Origin: Candidatus Omnitrophota bacterium
GTDB taxonomy: Bacteria; Omnitrophota; Gorgyraeia; Duberdicusellales; 4484-171
Direction: 5' to 3'
NCBI GenBank assembly: GCA_020352775.1
Contig: CP070684.1
Coordinates: forward strand, 520,421-557,969
Length of the DNA: 37,549 bases
A program made the translations under genes and the position numbers. The notes under the pieces are model-generated. The model had not been told where the DNA came from, searched no databases, and worked only from the letters and a program-made list of their open reading frames with translations. Positions within the stretch are counted from its first letter, which is position 1. The number at the start of each line of letters is the position of its first letter. Positions 1 through 8,744 of the stretch are shown here, piece after piece.

Positions 1-102
1 CATGGATTTGTGTATATGGTTGGTTTTGATATGTATTGCCGTCTTCTTAAAAAAGAGATAGAATATCTGCGCCAAGCATTTAAGATAGATATGGGGGGTT
101 GA
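1..102 (+). CDS. mfd: 3' end of transcription-repair coupling factor Mfd (partial, runs off the window start)
   Basis: Frame 1 reads HGFVYMVGFDMYCRLLKKEIEYLRQAFKIDMGG*, matching the Mfd 'QxG...VGFDLY..LL' segment after the TRG motif; stop TGA at 100-102. Confidence 0.8.
   Translation, partial: HGFVYMVGFDMYCRLLKKEIEYLRQAFKIDMGG
1..102 (+). repeat. Direct repeat copy 1 (mfd 3' end), paired with 3378-3479
   Basis: Manual alignment with 3378-3479 gives 94/102 identical nt; differences at 30, 39, 75, 78, 81, 96, 101, 102 are all synonymous or a TGA/TAG stop swap. The repeat may extend left of the window. Confidence 0.95.
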
Positions 103-103
103 G

Positions 104-154
104 ATGCGAAAGGTTTTGATGGCTACCCTTTTATTGGTCGAGAGCGAAAAGTAA
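104..154 (+). pseudogene. Probable remnant of a surA-like 5' end (MRKVLMATLLLVESEK*)
   Basis: ATG sits 1 nt after the mfd stop, exactly as the intact surA-like ATG (3481) follows the second mfd copy; both begin MRK.L, but this one stops after 16 codons. Confidence 0.55.
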
Positions 155-184
155 CACCGCAGCTTACGCAATATTTGTTAAAAC

Positions 185-892
185 ATGAAATTATCTATTA
201 TTATTCCTACCTACAACGAACAGACTACCATAAAGCATCTTATTGACTATGTTCGATCAGCTAAATATCTTATTGAGTATGAAATTATTATTGTCGATGA
301 TGCATCTATCGATAGGACATATGAGAAAGAATTATTGATTAGACTGAAAAGCAAAGCAAAGAGCGGTAATGTCAGGCTTTTTAAAAACAGAATTAATCGT
401 GGAAAAGGTTTTTCTGTTAGAAAGGGAATTAGAAGGGCAAGCGGTGATATTATCATTGTTCAAGATGCCGACACAGAATATGATCCTCGTGAAATACCAA
501 GATTGATTAGCCCCATTATAGAGGGTAAAGCAGCGGTTGTATATGGAAGCAGATTTTTAAATAAAGTTCGTCCCAAAGAAATGGCCTTTCCTAATTGGGT
601 TGCCAATAAGATTTTAACATCTTTCACAAATTTTCTTTTTAAGATCAAACTAACTGATATGGAAACATGTTACAAGGCAATTAGGGCAGATATTGCTAAA
701 GATTTAAAACTGAAAGCCAATAGGTTTACGTTTGAGCCCGAAATAACAGCATTGCTTGCGAAAAGAAAAATAGAGATTAAAGAGATGCCAATATCTTATC
801 ATGGCCGATCCGCAAAAGAAGGCAAGAAAATAAAAGCGAAAGATTTTATTTTTGCAATCTTAGTATTATTATGGCAAAGAGTAATAAAATGA
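185..892 (+). CDS. GT2 family glycosyltransferase (DPM-synthase-like / polyprenol-phosphate sugar synthase)
   Basis: LSIIIPTYNE, IIVDDASID, NRGKG, QDAD.EYDP, VYGSRF, LTDMETCYK, FEPEIT motifs. Confidence 0.9.
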   Translation: MKLSIIIPTYNEQTTIKHLIDYVRSAKYLIEYEIIIVDDASIDRTYEKELLIRLKSKAKSGNVRLFKNRINRGKGFSVRKGIRRASGDIIIVQDADTEYDPREIPRLISPIIEGKAAVVYGSRFLNKVRPKEMAFPNWVANKILTSFTNFLFKIKLTDMETCYKAIRADIAKDLKLKANRFTFEPEITALLAKRKIEIKEMPISYHGRSAKEGKKIKAKDFIFAILVLLWQRVIK

Positions 893-957
893 TTGAAGCC
901 AAGAAAACCCAATTCAATGTCTGTAATAGCCGTTAAAAAAAGGAATCATATTTAGCT

Positions 958-3102
958 ATGAATATTGGGATACTAAAACATTTTTGGCAAATGACAGTTT
1001 TTGCTATAGTTCTAATGGGTCCAGTGCCTTTTTCTTTATTTTTTATCAATTTGGATAATTATGAGACGAAAAAATATAGTTTTGCCCATAATATATTAGT
1101 ACTATTGATAAGCTGGTTTGTAATACAAACAATTATGGCGCTTGTATTTGGGGTTATTGGTTTTCTTAATCTTATTAGCGTGGTTGTGTTCCAGTTTGTT
1201 ATCTTTCTCTTGGGCATTAAATGCTATAAGTCAACAGAGCAGTTTAAACCTAGATTTTTCGTAAGAGACATAGCGAAAGTAATATCTTCTTTAAATAGTA
1301 GCGAACTATTAATTTTAGCTTCATTTTTTGCAATATGCACTACTTTTTTGTGGCGAATTATTGCTGCACCGATTATTGAATATGATAGCTTAGCCTATCA
1401 TCTTCCAGCCATGGTGGAGTGGTACCAAACGAGTTTCGTCAGATTCGGACCACGTACCTTCCCGGGCAATTTTGAATTGATAAGCACTCTATTTCTGATG
1501 CCATTTGGAGAAGATTTGTTTGCAGCTTTTCCAAATTTAATATCCTGGTTTTTATTAGCTCTTTCTGTCTTTTGTCTAGCTATCGAGATAGGGGCAAAAA
1601 AAATTTATGCTTTGGCATCAAGTATTTTTGTATTGTTTACCCCTCGAATGATAGAAACCCTTGGTGGGGCACAGGTTGATATTTACTTTGCGGCACTTTT
1701 TATGGCCAGTTTATATTTTATATATCTATACAGCAAAGGAGGCTCTTACGTTCAGCTTGCATTATTCATTGTATGCCTGGCAATGCTTCTAGGCACAAAA
1801 ACAACTGGGTTGTTGTATGGTGCGTTGCTTGGATTTATTCTTTGCATTGCTGTTTTTCAAAGAATAATTAGGCGCCAAACTACAGTGCGGTATAGAAATG
1901 AATTAAAAAAATCGGTCATTATTTTTTTTATGATAGTTCTCTTTTGTTCCTTTTTTATGGCAGGATTCTGGTATGTTCTAAATTTAATCAAATATGGTAA
2001 TCCTTTAGGAATATATGAGATAAAGCTAGGTAATTTTGTGTTGTTTGCTGGCACAAGAAGCCTTGCGACTCTAAAAGCGACCTCACTTGCAAATCTTTTT
2101 AACCCTTTGGAGTTTTCTGATTGGGTAATGCTGTTTACGGGTGTAGGTAAGAATTTTCAGCTACCTTTTTTTATAATGAGTTTAGTTTTTATGGTTTCTT
2201 TTATAAAAAGCTTAGTTTTTTCTCGAAATCAGTCTTTGGAAAAAAAATTATTGCATCCAACGCTACTGCTTCTTTTTTTAAGCATTGGTTTAATATACTG
2301 GCATATACCGTGGAGCGGTGGTCCTGGTACTACATTAGGACCAGCGGGGTGGATAGGTCAGGAGTTAAGACTTTGTTTTCCTTTGTTGGGAATTTTGGGC
2401 GTTGCAGCAGCAATAAGCCTAGACAATCTAAAGGTAAATAATAAAATTATCACAATGACTGTTATAGTATTTGGTATTTTTGAGATTGCATATACAAACT
2501 TATGGCAGAGGGTTGCGTTTAAAGATGTTTTAAGGGGGAGGGGATTAAATCAAGCCGTAGGTGAATCCATTATATTTTTAATATTATTTGCTTTAGTAAC
2601 TGCATTGCTTTTTTGGTGGAGAAAAAAGATTGATATTGTTTTGAAAGCAAATTTGAGTTTGCACAGATTATCTAAACCAATATTATTATTTGTATTTCTT
2701 TTTTTCTTTTGTGGTATAACTTTCTCCTATATTGCGCGAGAGGTGAGAAATGTTCAAAGAAAAGATGCTTACGGTGGAATTTTAGAATTTATCGAATTAT
2801 ATACTGATAAGAACCGAGCTATCGGTACCATTTTTTCACATCGCCCATATCTATTGTATGGAAAAAATCTTGATAGGAAAGTATTACACGTGGATAGAAA
2901 AACAGAAAGTTTGTCTGAATGGTTGAATTTTTTAAATAGTCATAATGTGTCTTTTGTGGGGGCGGGTCCCCTTGTGGTCGAAAAAGAGAGAGAAGAAATG
3001 AGAAAAAGAGTTGTTTCGTGGCTGGAGGATAGAAATGGTGCGTTTATTCGAGTTTTTGGAGAAGATCCCGAAAAAGAATTGGTTTTATATAAAGTGAAGT
3101 AG
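958..3102 (+). CDS. Multi-pass membrane protein, probably a GT-C (ArnT/PMT-like) glycosyltransferase
   Basis: 714 aa with many hydrophobic segments, an extracytoplasmic 'YDSLAYHLP' loop, 'LGTK.TG' and 'WY..N...YGNPL' motifs and a soluble C-terminal domain; adjacent to a DPM-like GT2. Confidence 0.6.
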   Translation: MNIGILKHFWQMTVFAIVLMGPVPFSLFFINLDNYETKKYSFAHNILVLLISWFVIQTIMALVFGVIGFLNLISVVVFQFVIFLLGIKCYKSTEQFKPRFFVRDIAKVISSLNSSELLILASFFAICTTFLWRIIAAPIIEYDSLAYHLPAMVEWYQTSFVRFGPRTFPGNFELISTLFLMPFGEDLFAAFPNLISWFLLALSVFCLAIEIGAKKIYALASSIFVLFTPRMIETLGGAQVDIYFAALFMASLYFIYLYSKGGSYVQLALFIVCLAMLLGTKTTGLLYGALLGFILCIAVFQRIIRRQTTVRYRNELKKSVIIFFMIVLFCSFFMAGFWYVLNLIKYGNPLGIYEIKLGNFVLFAGTRSLATLKATSLANLFNPLEFSDWVMLFTGVGKNFQLPFFIMSLVFMVSFIKSLVFSRNQSLEKKLLHPTLLLLFLSIGLIYWHIPWSGGPGTTLGPAGWIGQELRLCFPLLGILGVAAAISLDNLKVNNKIITMTVIVFGIFEIAYTNLWQRVAFKDVLRGRGLNQAVGESIIFLILFALVTALLFWWRKKIDIVLKANLSLHRLSKPILLFVFLFFFCGITFSYIAREVRNVQRKDAYGGILEFIELYTDKNRAIGTIFSHRPYLLYGKNLDRKVLHVDRKTESLSEWLNFLNSHNVSFVGAGPLVVEKEREEMRKRVVSWLEDRNGAFIRVFGEDPEKELVLYKVK

Positions 3103-3120
3103 ATAATATAGGAATAAAAA

Positions 3121-3267
3121 ATGATAAAAAGATACCGGTACAGCCCTAGTAATAACAAAGCGCGAAGAATTAAATCTTGGTGATTGTTTCGAAAGCATTA
3201 AGCGGGCAGATGGAATCGCGATGGTAGACGCTGATATATAGATAAAACAATTGAAATAGCGAAGCAA
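3121..3267 (+). pseudogene. Frameshifted N-terminal remnant of a second GT2 (WaaE/KdtX-like)
   Basis: Across frameshifts reads KIPV/TALVITKREELNLGDCFESIKRADGIAMVDADI/DKTIEIAKQ, resembling the GT2 start 'SVVIITKNEE.NI..CLES...ADEIIVVDSGSTD.TVEIA'. Confidence 0.65.
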
Positions 3268-3479
3268 AAAAGCGCTTAGAGCTGATTCAGGAGTTTTCAC
3301 ATCTGGGGGCAGGGTTTGAGGTGGCAATGAGTGATTTGGAATTGCGCGAAGCTGGTAATATTTTAGGTCATGAGCAGCATGGATTTGTGTATATGGTTGG
3401 TTTTGACATGTATTGTCGTCTTCTTAAAAAAGAGATAGAATATCTGCGCCAGGCTTTCAAGATAGATATGGGAGGTTAG
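3261..3479 (+). pseudogene. mfd: Second, 5'-truncated mfd 3' fragment (includes direct repeat copy 2, 3378-3479)
   Basis: EAKKRLELIQEFSHLGAGFEVAMSDLELREAGNILGHEQHGFVYMVGFDMYCRLL..., the Mfd TRG region; in-frame TGA at 3252-3254 upstream; REAG in place of the conserved RGAG. Confidence 0.85.
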
Positions 3480-3480
3480 G

Positions 3481-4365
3481 ATGCGCAAACTCTTAATAAT
3501 CACGGTGTTATCGGCTATTACATTTGCAGTAAGTGGCGAAGAAATCACCAAGATTGCTGCCAAGGTCAATAATGAGGTGATAACCTCTAAAGACCTTGAT
3601 AATCATATCAGAGCGTTGTCTCGTCGTCTTTCCCAGGATAAGATGGATGCAAAGCTCGATTCTGAGGAATTCCGCGCGGAGATTTTGCAACGGCTCATTG
3701 AAGACAAGCTTATTCTTGATGTGGCTCGACAAGATAAAATCGAAGTTCCGCCGACCTGGGTCGAGAGCAAGGTCAATCAAATGATATTAACCTATCCTTC
3801 CCGCGAAGCATTTGAGTTTTCCCTTATTACCGAAGGGCTTAATCTTCCTTACATGAGAGAGAAACTTAAAGAGCAGTATCTTTTGCAGGAGGCGATAGAT
3901 AGATACGTAAAGAGAGAACTGCGCGTATCCCCCCAAGAAATAAGTCGTTATCACAAGGAACATAAAGACGAATTTACTTTCCCTCCAAAATACTCACTTT
4001 GGATTGCTAAATTAACAGACGATAAGGATTTCAACAAATTGATGAACGTAGTCAAAAGAGACGGAATTCAAGGTGCAAAAGAAACCTGGCCTGATCTTTT
4101 CATGGACTTAGAGTTGTACCAAAATCAGCTGCGCAAAGAACTGGCAGAAGCAGTTCTGGAAATAAAAGAAGGTAAATACATTGTAAAAGACATAGATGAG
4201 ACAATACATCTTATTTATTTAGATAAAATCACCCCTCCCAGATCCGTCTCGCTACGCGAGGCAAAAGAAGAAATAAAAGTAATATTAGAAAGTGAAAAAT
4301 TTAAAAAAAGATATAGCGAATGGGTTGAGAAATTAAGAGAGGCCGCAATAATAAAAGTCTATTAA
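3481..4365 (+). CDS. SurA N-terminal-domain periplasmic chaperone / PPIase-like
   Basis: Signal peptide, KIAAKVNNEVIT..DL, LQRLIEDKLIL, C-terminal W..KLR..A.IK; lies between mfd and pdxA; GGAGG SD. Confidence 0.8.
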   Translation: MRKLLIITVLSAITFAVSGEEITKIAAKVNNEVITSKDLDNHIRALSRRLSQDKMDAKLDSEEFRAEILQRLIEDKLILDVARQDKIEVPPTWVESKVNQMILTYPSREAFEFSLITEGLNLPYMREKLKEQYLLQEAIDRYVKRELRVSPQEISRYHKEHKDEFTFPPKYSLWIAKLTDDKDFNKLMNVVKRDGIQGAKETWPDLFMDLELYQNQLRKELAEAVLEIKEGKYIVKDIDETIHLIYLDKITPPRSVSLREAKEEIKVILESEKFKKRYSEWVEKLREAAIIKVY

Positions 4366-4368
4366 CAA

Positions 4369-5298
4369 ATGGCTGTAAAAAAAATCGTTATCACTACAGG
4401 TGACCCTGCCGGTTGCGGTCCTCTTATCACATTAGATGCTTTGAATAGCCTAAAAGACGCTAACGCGGATTTTTTCGTGGTGGGGGATGAACGAATTCTA
4501 AAAAGATTTCCCATTTATACAAGGATAAAAAAAAGATTTTGCCTTATCGGTGCAAATAGTCCTTATGTGGACAAAATTAAATCCGGATATCCATCCCGCC
4601 TTTGCGGTCAGGCTGCTTTAAATTATTTGCGTACCGGCCTAAAAACTCTTAAAAAGGAAAAAATAAAGCGACTGGTTACTGCCCCGGTATCCAAAGAAGC
4701 AATACAGAAGGTCGTTTCAGGATTTAGCGGCCATACTGAATATTTAGCCGATTATTTTGGCGTAAAGAACTTTGAAATGATGATGGTCTCTCCTGAATTA
4801 AAAGTAGTCCTTGGGACGCGCCACATTCCTTTACGAAAAGTTTGTGCTTCAATACAAACTAAAAATATAATTAAAACCTTAAATCTAGTGCATAGTTCAC
4901 TTCTTAAAATGTTTAAGATTAAAAATCCAAAAATCGCACTAGTATCAATAAATCCCCATGCCGGAATAAACACTCATCTTGAGAAAGAGGAACGCATAAT
5001 GCTTGATACCCTTAAGAGGGTGAATGCCAAAATCTTTGGTCCATTTCCAGCAGATACGATTTTTATCGAGCAAAACCTAAAAAAATATGACTGTCTTGTT
5101 TGCTTCTATCATGACCAGGCTATGATACCGTTTAAGCTTCTTTCGATAAAAGAAGGGGTGAATCTCACCCTGGGTCTTCCGATTATTCGCACATCGCCTG
5201 CCCATGGCGTAGCATTTGATGTGATGAAGGCAGGCAAAAAACCTTTTTCATCCTCAATGGTTGCTGCTATCAGGCTAGCCTTAAAATTACAGGTATAA
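4369..5298 (+). CDS. pdxA: 4-hydroxythreonine-4-phosphate dehydrogenase
   Basis: GDPAG.GP, GHTEYL, NPHAG, GPFPADT, YHDQ, RTSPAHG motifs; surA-pdxA-rsmA synteny. Confidence 0.93.
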   Translation: MAVKKIVITTGDPAGCGPLITLDALNSLKDANADFFVVGDERILKRFPIYTRIKKRFCLIGANSPYVDKIKSGYPSRLCGQAALNYLRTGLKTLKKEKIKRLVTAPVSKEAIQKVVSGFSGHTEYLADYFGVKNFEMMMVSPELKVVLGTRHIPLRKVCASIQTKNIIKTLNLVHSSLLKMFKIKNPKIALVSINPHAGINTHLEKEERIMLDTLKRVNAKIFGPFPADTIFIEQNLKKYDCLVCFYHDQAMIPFKLLSIKEGVNLTLGLPIIRTSPAHGVAFDVMKAGKKPFSSSMVAAIRLALKLQV

Positions 5299-5307
5299 GT
5301 TAAAAAG

Positions 5308-6087
5308 ATGAAGCTTTCAAAATCTTTCGGCCAAATATTTTTACATGATAAAAAATATGTTGGAAAAATTATCGATGCTCTTGAAATTGAAGGGGAAGTG
5401 GTAGTTGAAATCGGTCCCGGCAGCGGCATCATGACCGCAAAGCTTATTAAAAAAGCTAAAAAACTTCTTTGTATTGAATATGACCCGCGCTTTTATAAAC
5501 TCCTTAACCAGCGCTACAAAGGACACCCCATTGTTGAGATTATACGAGCTGATGTTTTGAAGTTTTCACTTTCTAAGTTTAAGAAAAAAGTAGTTGTTTT
5601 TGGAAATATTCCTTATCATATAAGCAACCGCTTAATACATTACCTTATTGAAAACAGAAAAAAAATTAAGCGCGTATATCTTACTCTTCAGAAAGAATTT
5701 GCCGATAAACTTAGCGCTTCGGCTTCAACCAAGGCCTTTAGTTTTTTAAGTTGTTATTTGCAATATTACGCAAGCGTGATGAAATTATTTGATATTCCGG
5801 CTGGGGCATTTTTGCCTAAGCCTAAAGTGGATTCTTCATTTGTGAAGATAGATTTCTACGAAAAACTCCCCTTTTTGGCTAAAAATGAAGATTTCCTTTT
5901 TAATCTTATGCGCAAAGCATTCATGAACCGCCGTAAAAAAATCACAAACTCCCTGCCAGCCTTAAAAGATAAGCGTATGTTTCTTAGCTCATTAGGTATA
6001 AGTCCAGAATCTCGCCCCCAGAATCTTTCTGTTTCGGATTTTGTTGGTTTGGCCAATAAGCTTTTGCAATTATCCCCTAAAAAATAA
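5308..6087 (+). CDS. rsmA: 16S rRNA m6,2A dimethyltransferase
   Basis: FGQ.FL, VEIGPG.G, GNIPYHIS, F.P.PKVDS, RRK motifs. Confidence 0.95.
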   Translation: MKLSKSFGQIFLHDKKYVGKIIDALEIEGEVVVEIGPGSGIMTAKLIKKAKKLLCIEYDPRFYKLLNQRYKGHPIVEIIRADVLKFSLSKFKKKVVVFGNIPYHISNRLIHYLIENRKKIKRVYLTLQKEFADKLSASASTKAFSFLSCYLQYYASVMKLFDIPAGAFLPKPKVDSSFVKIDFYEKLPFLAKNEDFLFNLMRKAFMNRRKKITNSLPALKDKRMFLSSLGISPESRPQNLSVSDFVGLANKLLQLSPKK

Positions 6088-6166
6088 TAAAATCACGTTT
6101 AAGTCCCGCCAGTTTTAACTGAATAATCATTGACTTTCTTAATGTTTTGTGATAATTTATGGCCTC

Positions 6167-6967
6167 ATGGCAAAAAAAGATAAAATCGGCATTATCGGGT
6201 TCGGAAATATGGGTAGCGCCATCGGGTTTGCCCTTAAGGCCAAAGGGTGGCAACTCTTTATCTATGAAAAAGATAAGAAAAAGATAAAGGATCTTAAAGG
6301 CTTTAAGGTTGCTTCCAGCGCCAAAGAGCTGATTGAGAGTGTTGAGATAGTAATTCTCGCCGTAAAACCCCAAGATACCCGTCAGTTCTTGCAAACAAAT
6401 AAAGATTATTTAAAAAGAAAAGGGAACTTATTGATTACCATTGTCGCTGGAATCCCCGCAAGATTATACGAAAAATACGTTAATAATATTCGCCTACTGC
6501 GTATAATGCCTAACTTGGCTGCAAAAGTAAAAGAATCTGTTTCTTTTATGGCCTGTGGCAGATTTTGTAAGAAAAAAGATTCAGGTGTGGGAAAGAGGAT
6601 TTTTTCTTTGGTAGGGGAAGTAATTGAAATTAAAGAAGATCTTTTAGACATGGTTACTGCAATAAGCGGTAGCGGCCCTGGCTATATTTTTTATTTTATG
6701 GATTATATATATCGGTCCGCGATAAAGTTAGGATTAAACCGCGAACAAGCACAAGAGATGGTGCTTCAGGTCTTTAAGGGGGCTACCAAGCTAGCCGCGA
6801 GTTCTCAGAAGGATTTTCATCTTTTAGTCCAGGAAGTGGCTTCGCCCCGTGGAACTACTGACGCAGCCCTTGATGTTTTTAATAATGCCAATCTGGGCGG
6901 AATTATCTATAAAGGTATCGATGCTGCCTATCGACGCGCCCGGGAAATTTCTCGCCTGTTTGTCTAG
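6167..6967 (+). CDS. proC: Pyrroline-5-carboxylate reductase (start placed at ATG 6167 rather than GTG 6149)
   Basis: IGFGNMG, LAVKPQ, RIMPN, TAISGSGP, V.SP.GTT motifs. Confidence 0.93.
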   Translation: MAKKDKIGIIGFGNMGSAIGFALKAKGWQLFIYEKDKKKIKDLKGFKVASSAKELIESVEIVILAVKPQDTRQFLQTNKDYLKRKGNLLITIVAGIPARLYEKYVNNIRLLRIMPNLAAKVKESVSFMACGRFCKKKDSGVGKRIFSLVGEVIEIKEDLLDMVTAISGSGPGYIFYFMDYIYRSAIKLGLNREQAQEMVLQVFKGATKLAASSQKDFHLLVQEVASPRGTTDAALDVFNNANLGGIIYKGIDAAYRRAREISRLFV

Positions 6968-6979
6968 AGGAGGTAACCC

Positions 6980-7840
6980 ATGGAAAGAATTGGGATTATT
7001 GGTGGAAGCGGCTTGTATCAGCTAGAAGGCGTAAAGGTTAAAAAAGAAATCTCGCTTAATACCCCTTTTGGTGATCCTTCAGATAAGTTTATCCTTGTGG
7101 AGCTAGATGGAAGAGAAGTTGTATTTTTACCCCGGCACGGTAAAGCCCATAGCATAAGCCCCTCACGCATAAACTATCGTGCAAACATTTATGGCATGAA
7201 GAAGTTGAACGTAGGCTGGATAATTTCTGTTTCTGCCTGCGGGTCTTTGAAGGAAGAGCTTAAGCCTTTAGATTTTGTAATACCGACCCAGTTTGTGGAT
7301 CGCACCAATCAGGCGCGGGCCCATACTTTTTTTGATGAAGGCATCGTAGCTCATATCGGCTTTGCCCAGCCTATATGCACAGAATTGGCAAAAGTGGTAC
7401 AAAAGGCCGCAGAAGGTGTGGGAGTAACAGTTCATTACGGTGGTACTTATCTTAATATGGAAGGGCCTCAATTTTCTACTCTGGCAGAGTCCAATCTCTA
7501 CCGAAGCTGGGGCCTGGATATTATTGGGATGACCAATATGGCGGAAGCTCGCCTTGCACGCGAGGCTGAGATTTGCTATAGTAGTCTGGCTGCAGTCACT
7601 GATTATGATTGCTGGCATCAAACTGAAGAATCGGTCTCGGTAGATATTATTCTAGATAATCTAAGAAGAAATGTAGATAATGCCAAAAAAGTCATAAAGA
7701 GCGCGATTTCAGCAATCAGTAAAGCGCGTAGCTGCTCCTGCGAGAATGCTCTTAAATATGCAATTGTCACCCAAGCTCCTGCAATACCTAAAAAAGTAAA
7801 GCAAAAACTCGATATTATCATCGGCAAATACATCACATAA
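6980..7840 (+). CDS. mtnP: S-methyl-5'-thioadenosine phosphorylase
   Basis: IGIIGGSGLY, LPRHG..H, NYRANI, MEGPQFST.AES, GMT, TDYDCW; SD AGGAGG. Confidence 0.93.
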   Translation: MERIGIIGGSGLYQLEGVKVKKEISLNTPFGDPSDKFILVELDGREVVFLPRHGKAHSISPSRINYRANIYGMKKLNVGWIISVSACGSLKEELKPLDFVIPTQFVDRTNQARAHTFFDEGIVAHIGFAQPICTELAKVVQKAAEGVGVTVHYGGTYLNMEGPQFSTLAESNLYRSWGLDIIGMTNMAEARLAREAEICYSSLAAVTDYDCWHQTEESVSVDIILDNLRRNVDNAKKVIKSAISAISKARSCSCENALKYAIVTQAPAIPKKVKQKLDIIIGKYIT

Positions 7841-7841
7841 G

Positions 7842-8741
7842 ATGAGCGTCTTAATCACTGGAACTGTAGCCCTGGATACAATAACTAGTCCGGTCGGCAA
7901 ATGCCACCAAGCGCTAGGTGGTTCTGCCAGTTATGCCTCAGTAAGCGCCAGTTTCTTTACCCCGGTTAATCTGGTTGCTACGGTCGGTAAAGATTTCCCC
8001 AAAGCTCACATCCAACTCTTTAAACGCAAAGGAATAGATACTCAAGGGTTGACCATAAAAAAGGGTAAGACCTTTCATTGGGAAGGTGAATACGGCTGGG
8101 ATTTTAGCGATGCCAGGACCTTAGCAACACACATTAATGTTTTATCGCAGTTTAACACTACCCTCCCTAAAGACTATACCAAGAGTAAGTATGTATTTCT
8201 GGCCAATATCGATCCTCAAATGCAGGCAACGGTTCTAAAACAGGTATCGAGTCCGCGCTTTGTGATATGTGATACCATGAACTACTGGATAAGTAATGCC
8301 CGCAAGCACCTCGTTAGGCTTCTTAAAAAGATAGATATGTCTTTACTTAACGAATCAGAGGCTAGACAGCTTTCCGGCCAAACCAATATCATGAAGGCTG
8401 CTAAAGCATTACTAAAGCTAGGACCCAAAATACTGGTAATCAAAAAAGGTGAACACGGAGCAATAATGTTTACAAATAATAGAGTCATTTGCGTACCGGG
8501 ATTTTTACTGGAAGATATCTCAGACCCTACCGGAGCCGGAGATACTTTTGGTGGAGCGTTGGTGGGATACCTGGCAAGCCGTAGCGGAAATAATTTAGCG
8601 AATTTAAAGAGCGCAGTGGTGTATGGCAAAATCATGGCAACATTTGCTGTGGAGGATTTTAGCCTACGTAGGCTTATTTCTCTACGTAAATCCGATATTT
8701 CAAAGCGCTTTAATGAATTTAGGAAGTTTAGTTGTTTTTAA
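7842..8741 (+). CDS. PfkB-family carbohydrate/nucleoside kinase
   Basis: LGGSASY, DTMNYWI, NESEA, DPTGAGDTF signature. Confidence 0.88.
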   Translation: MSVLITGTVALDTITSPVGKCHQALGGSASYASVSASFFTPVNLVATVGKDFPKAHIQLFKRKGIDTQGLTIKKGKTFHWEGEYGWDFSDARTLATHINVLSQFNTTLPKDYTKSKYVFLANIDPQMQATVLKQVSSPRFVICDTMNYWISNARKHLVRLLKKIDMSLLNESEARQLSGQTNIMKAAKALLKLGPKILVIKKGEHGAIMFTNNRVICVPGFLLEDISDPTGAGDTFGGALVGYLASRSGNNLANLKSAVVYGKIMATFAVEDFSLRRLISLRKSDISKRFNEFRKFSCF

Positions 8742-8744
8742 AAA

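Noticed and set aside
103-3377. Cassette as an autonomous mobile element or prophage
   Set aside because: No integrase, transposase, terminal inverted repeats or phage genes in the window.
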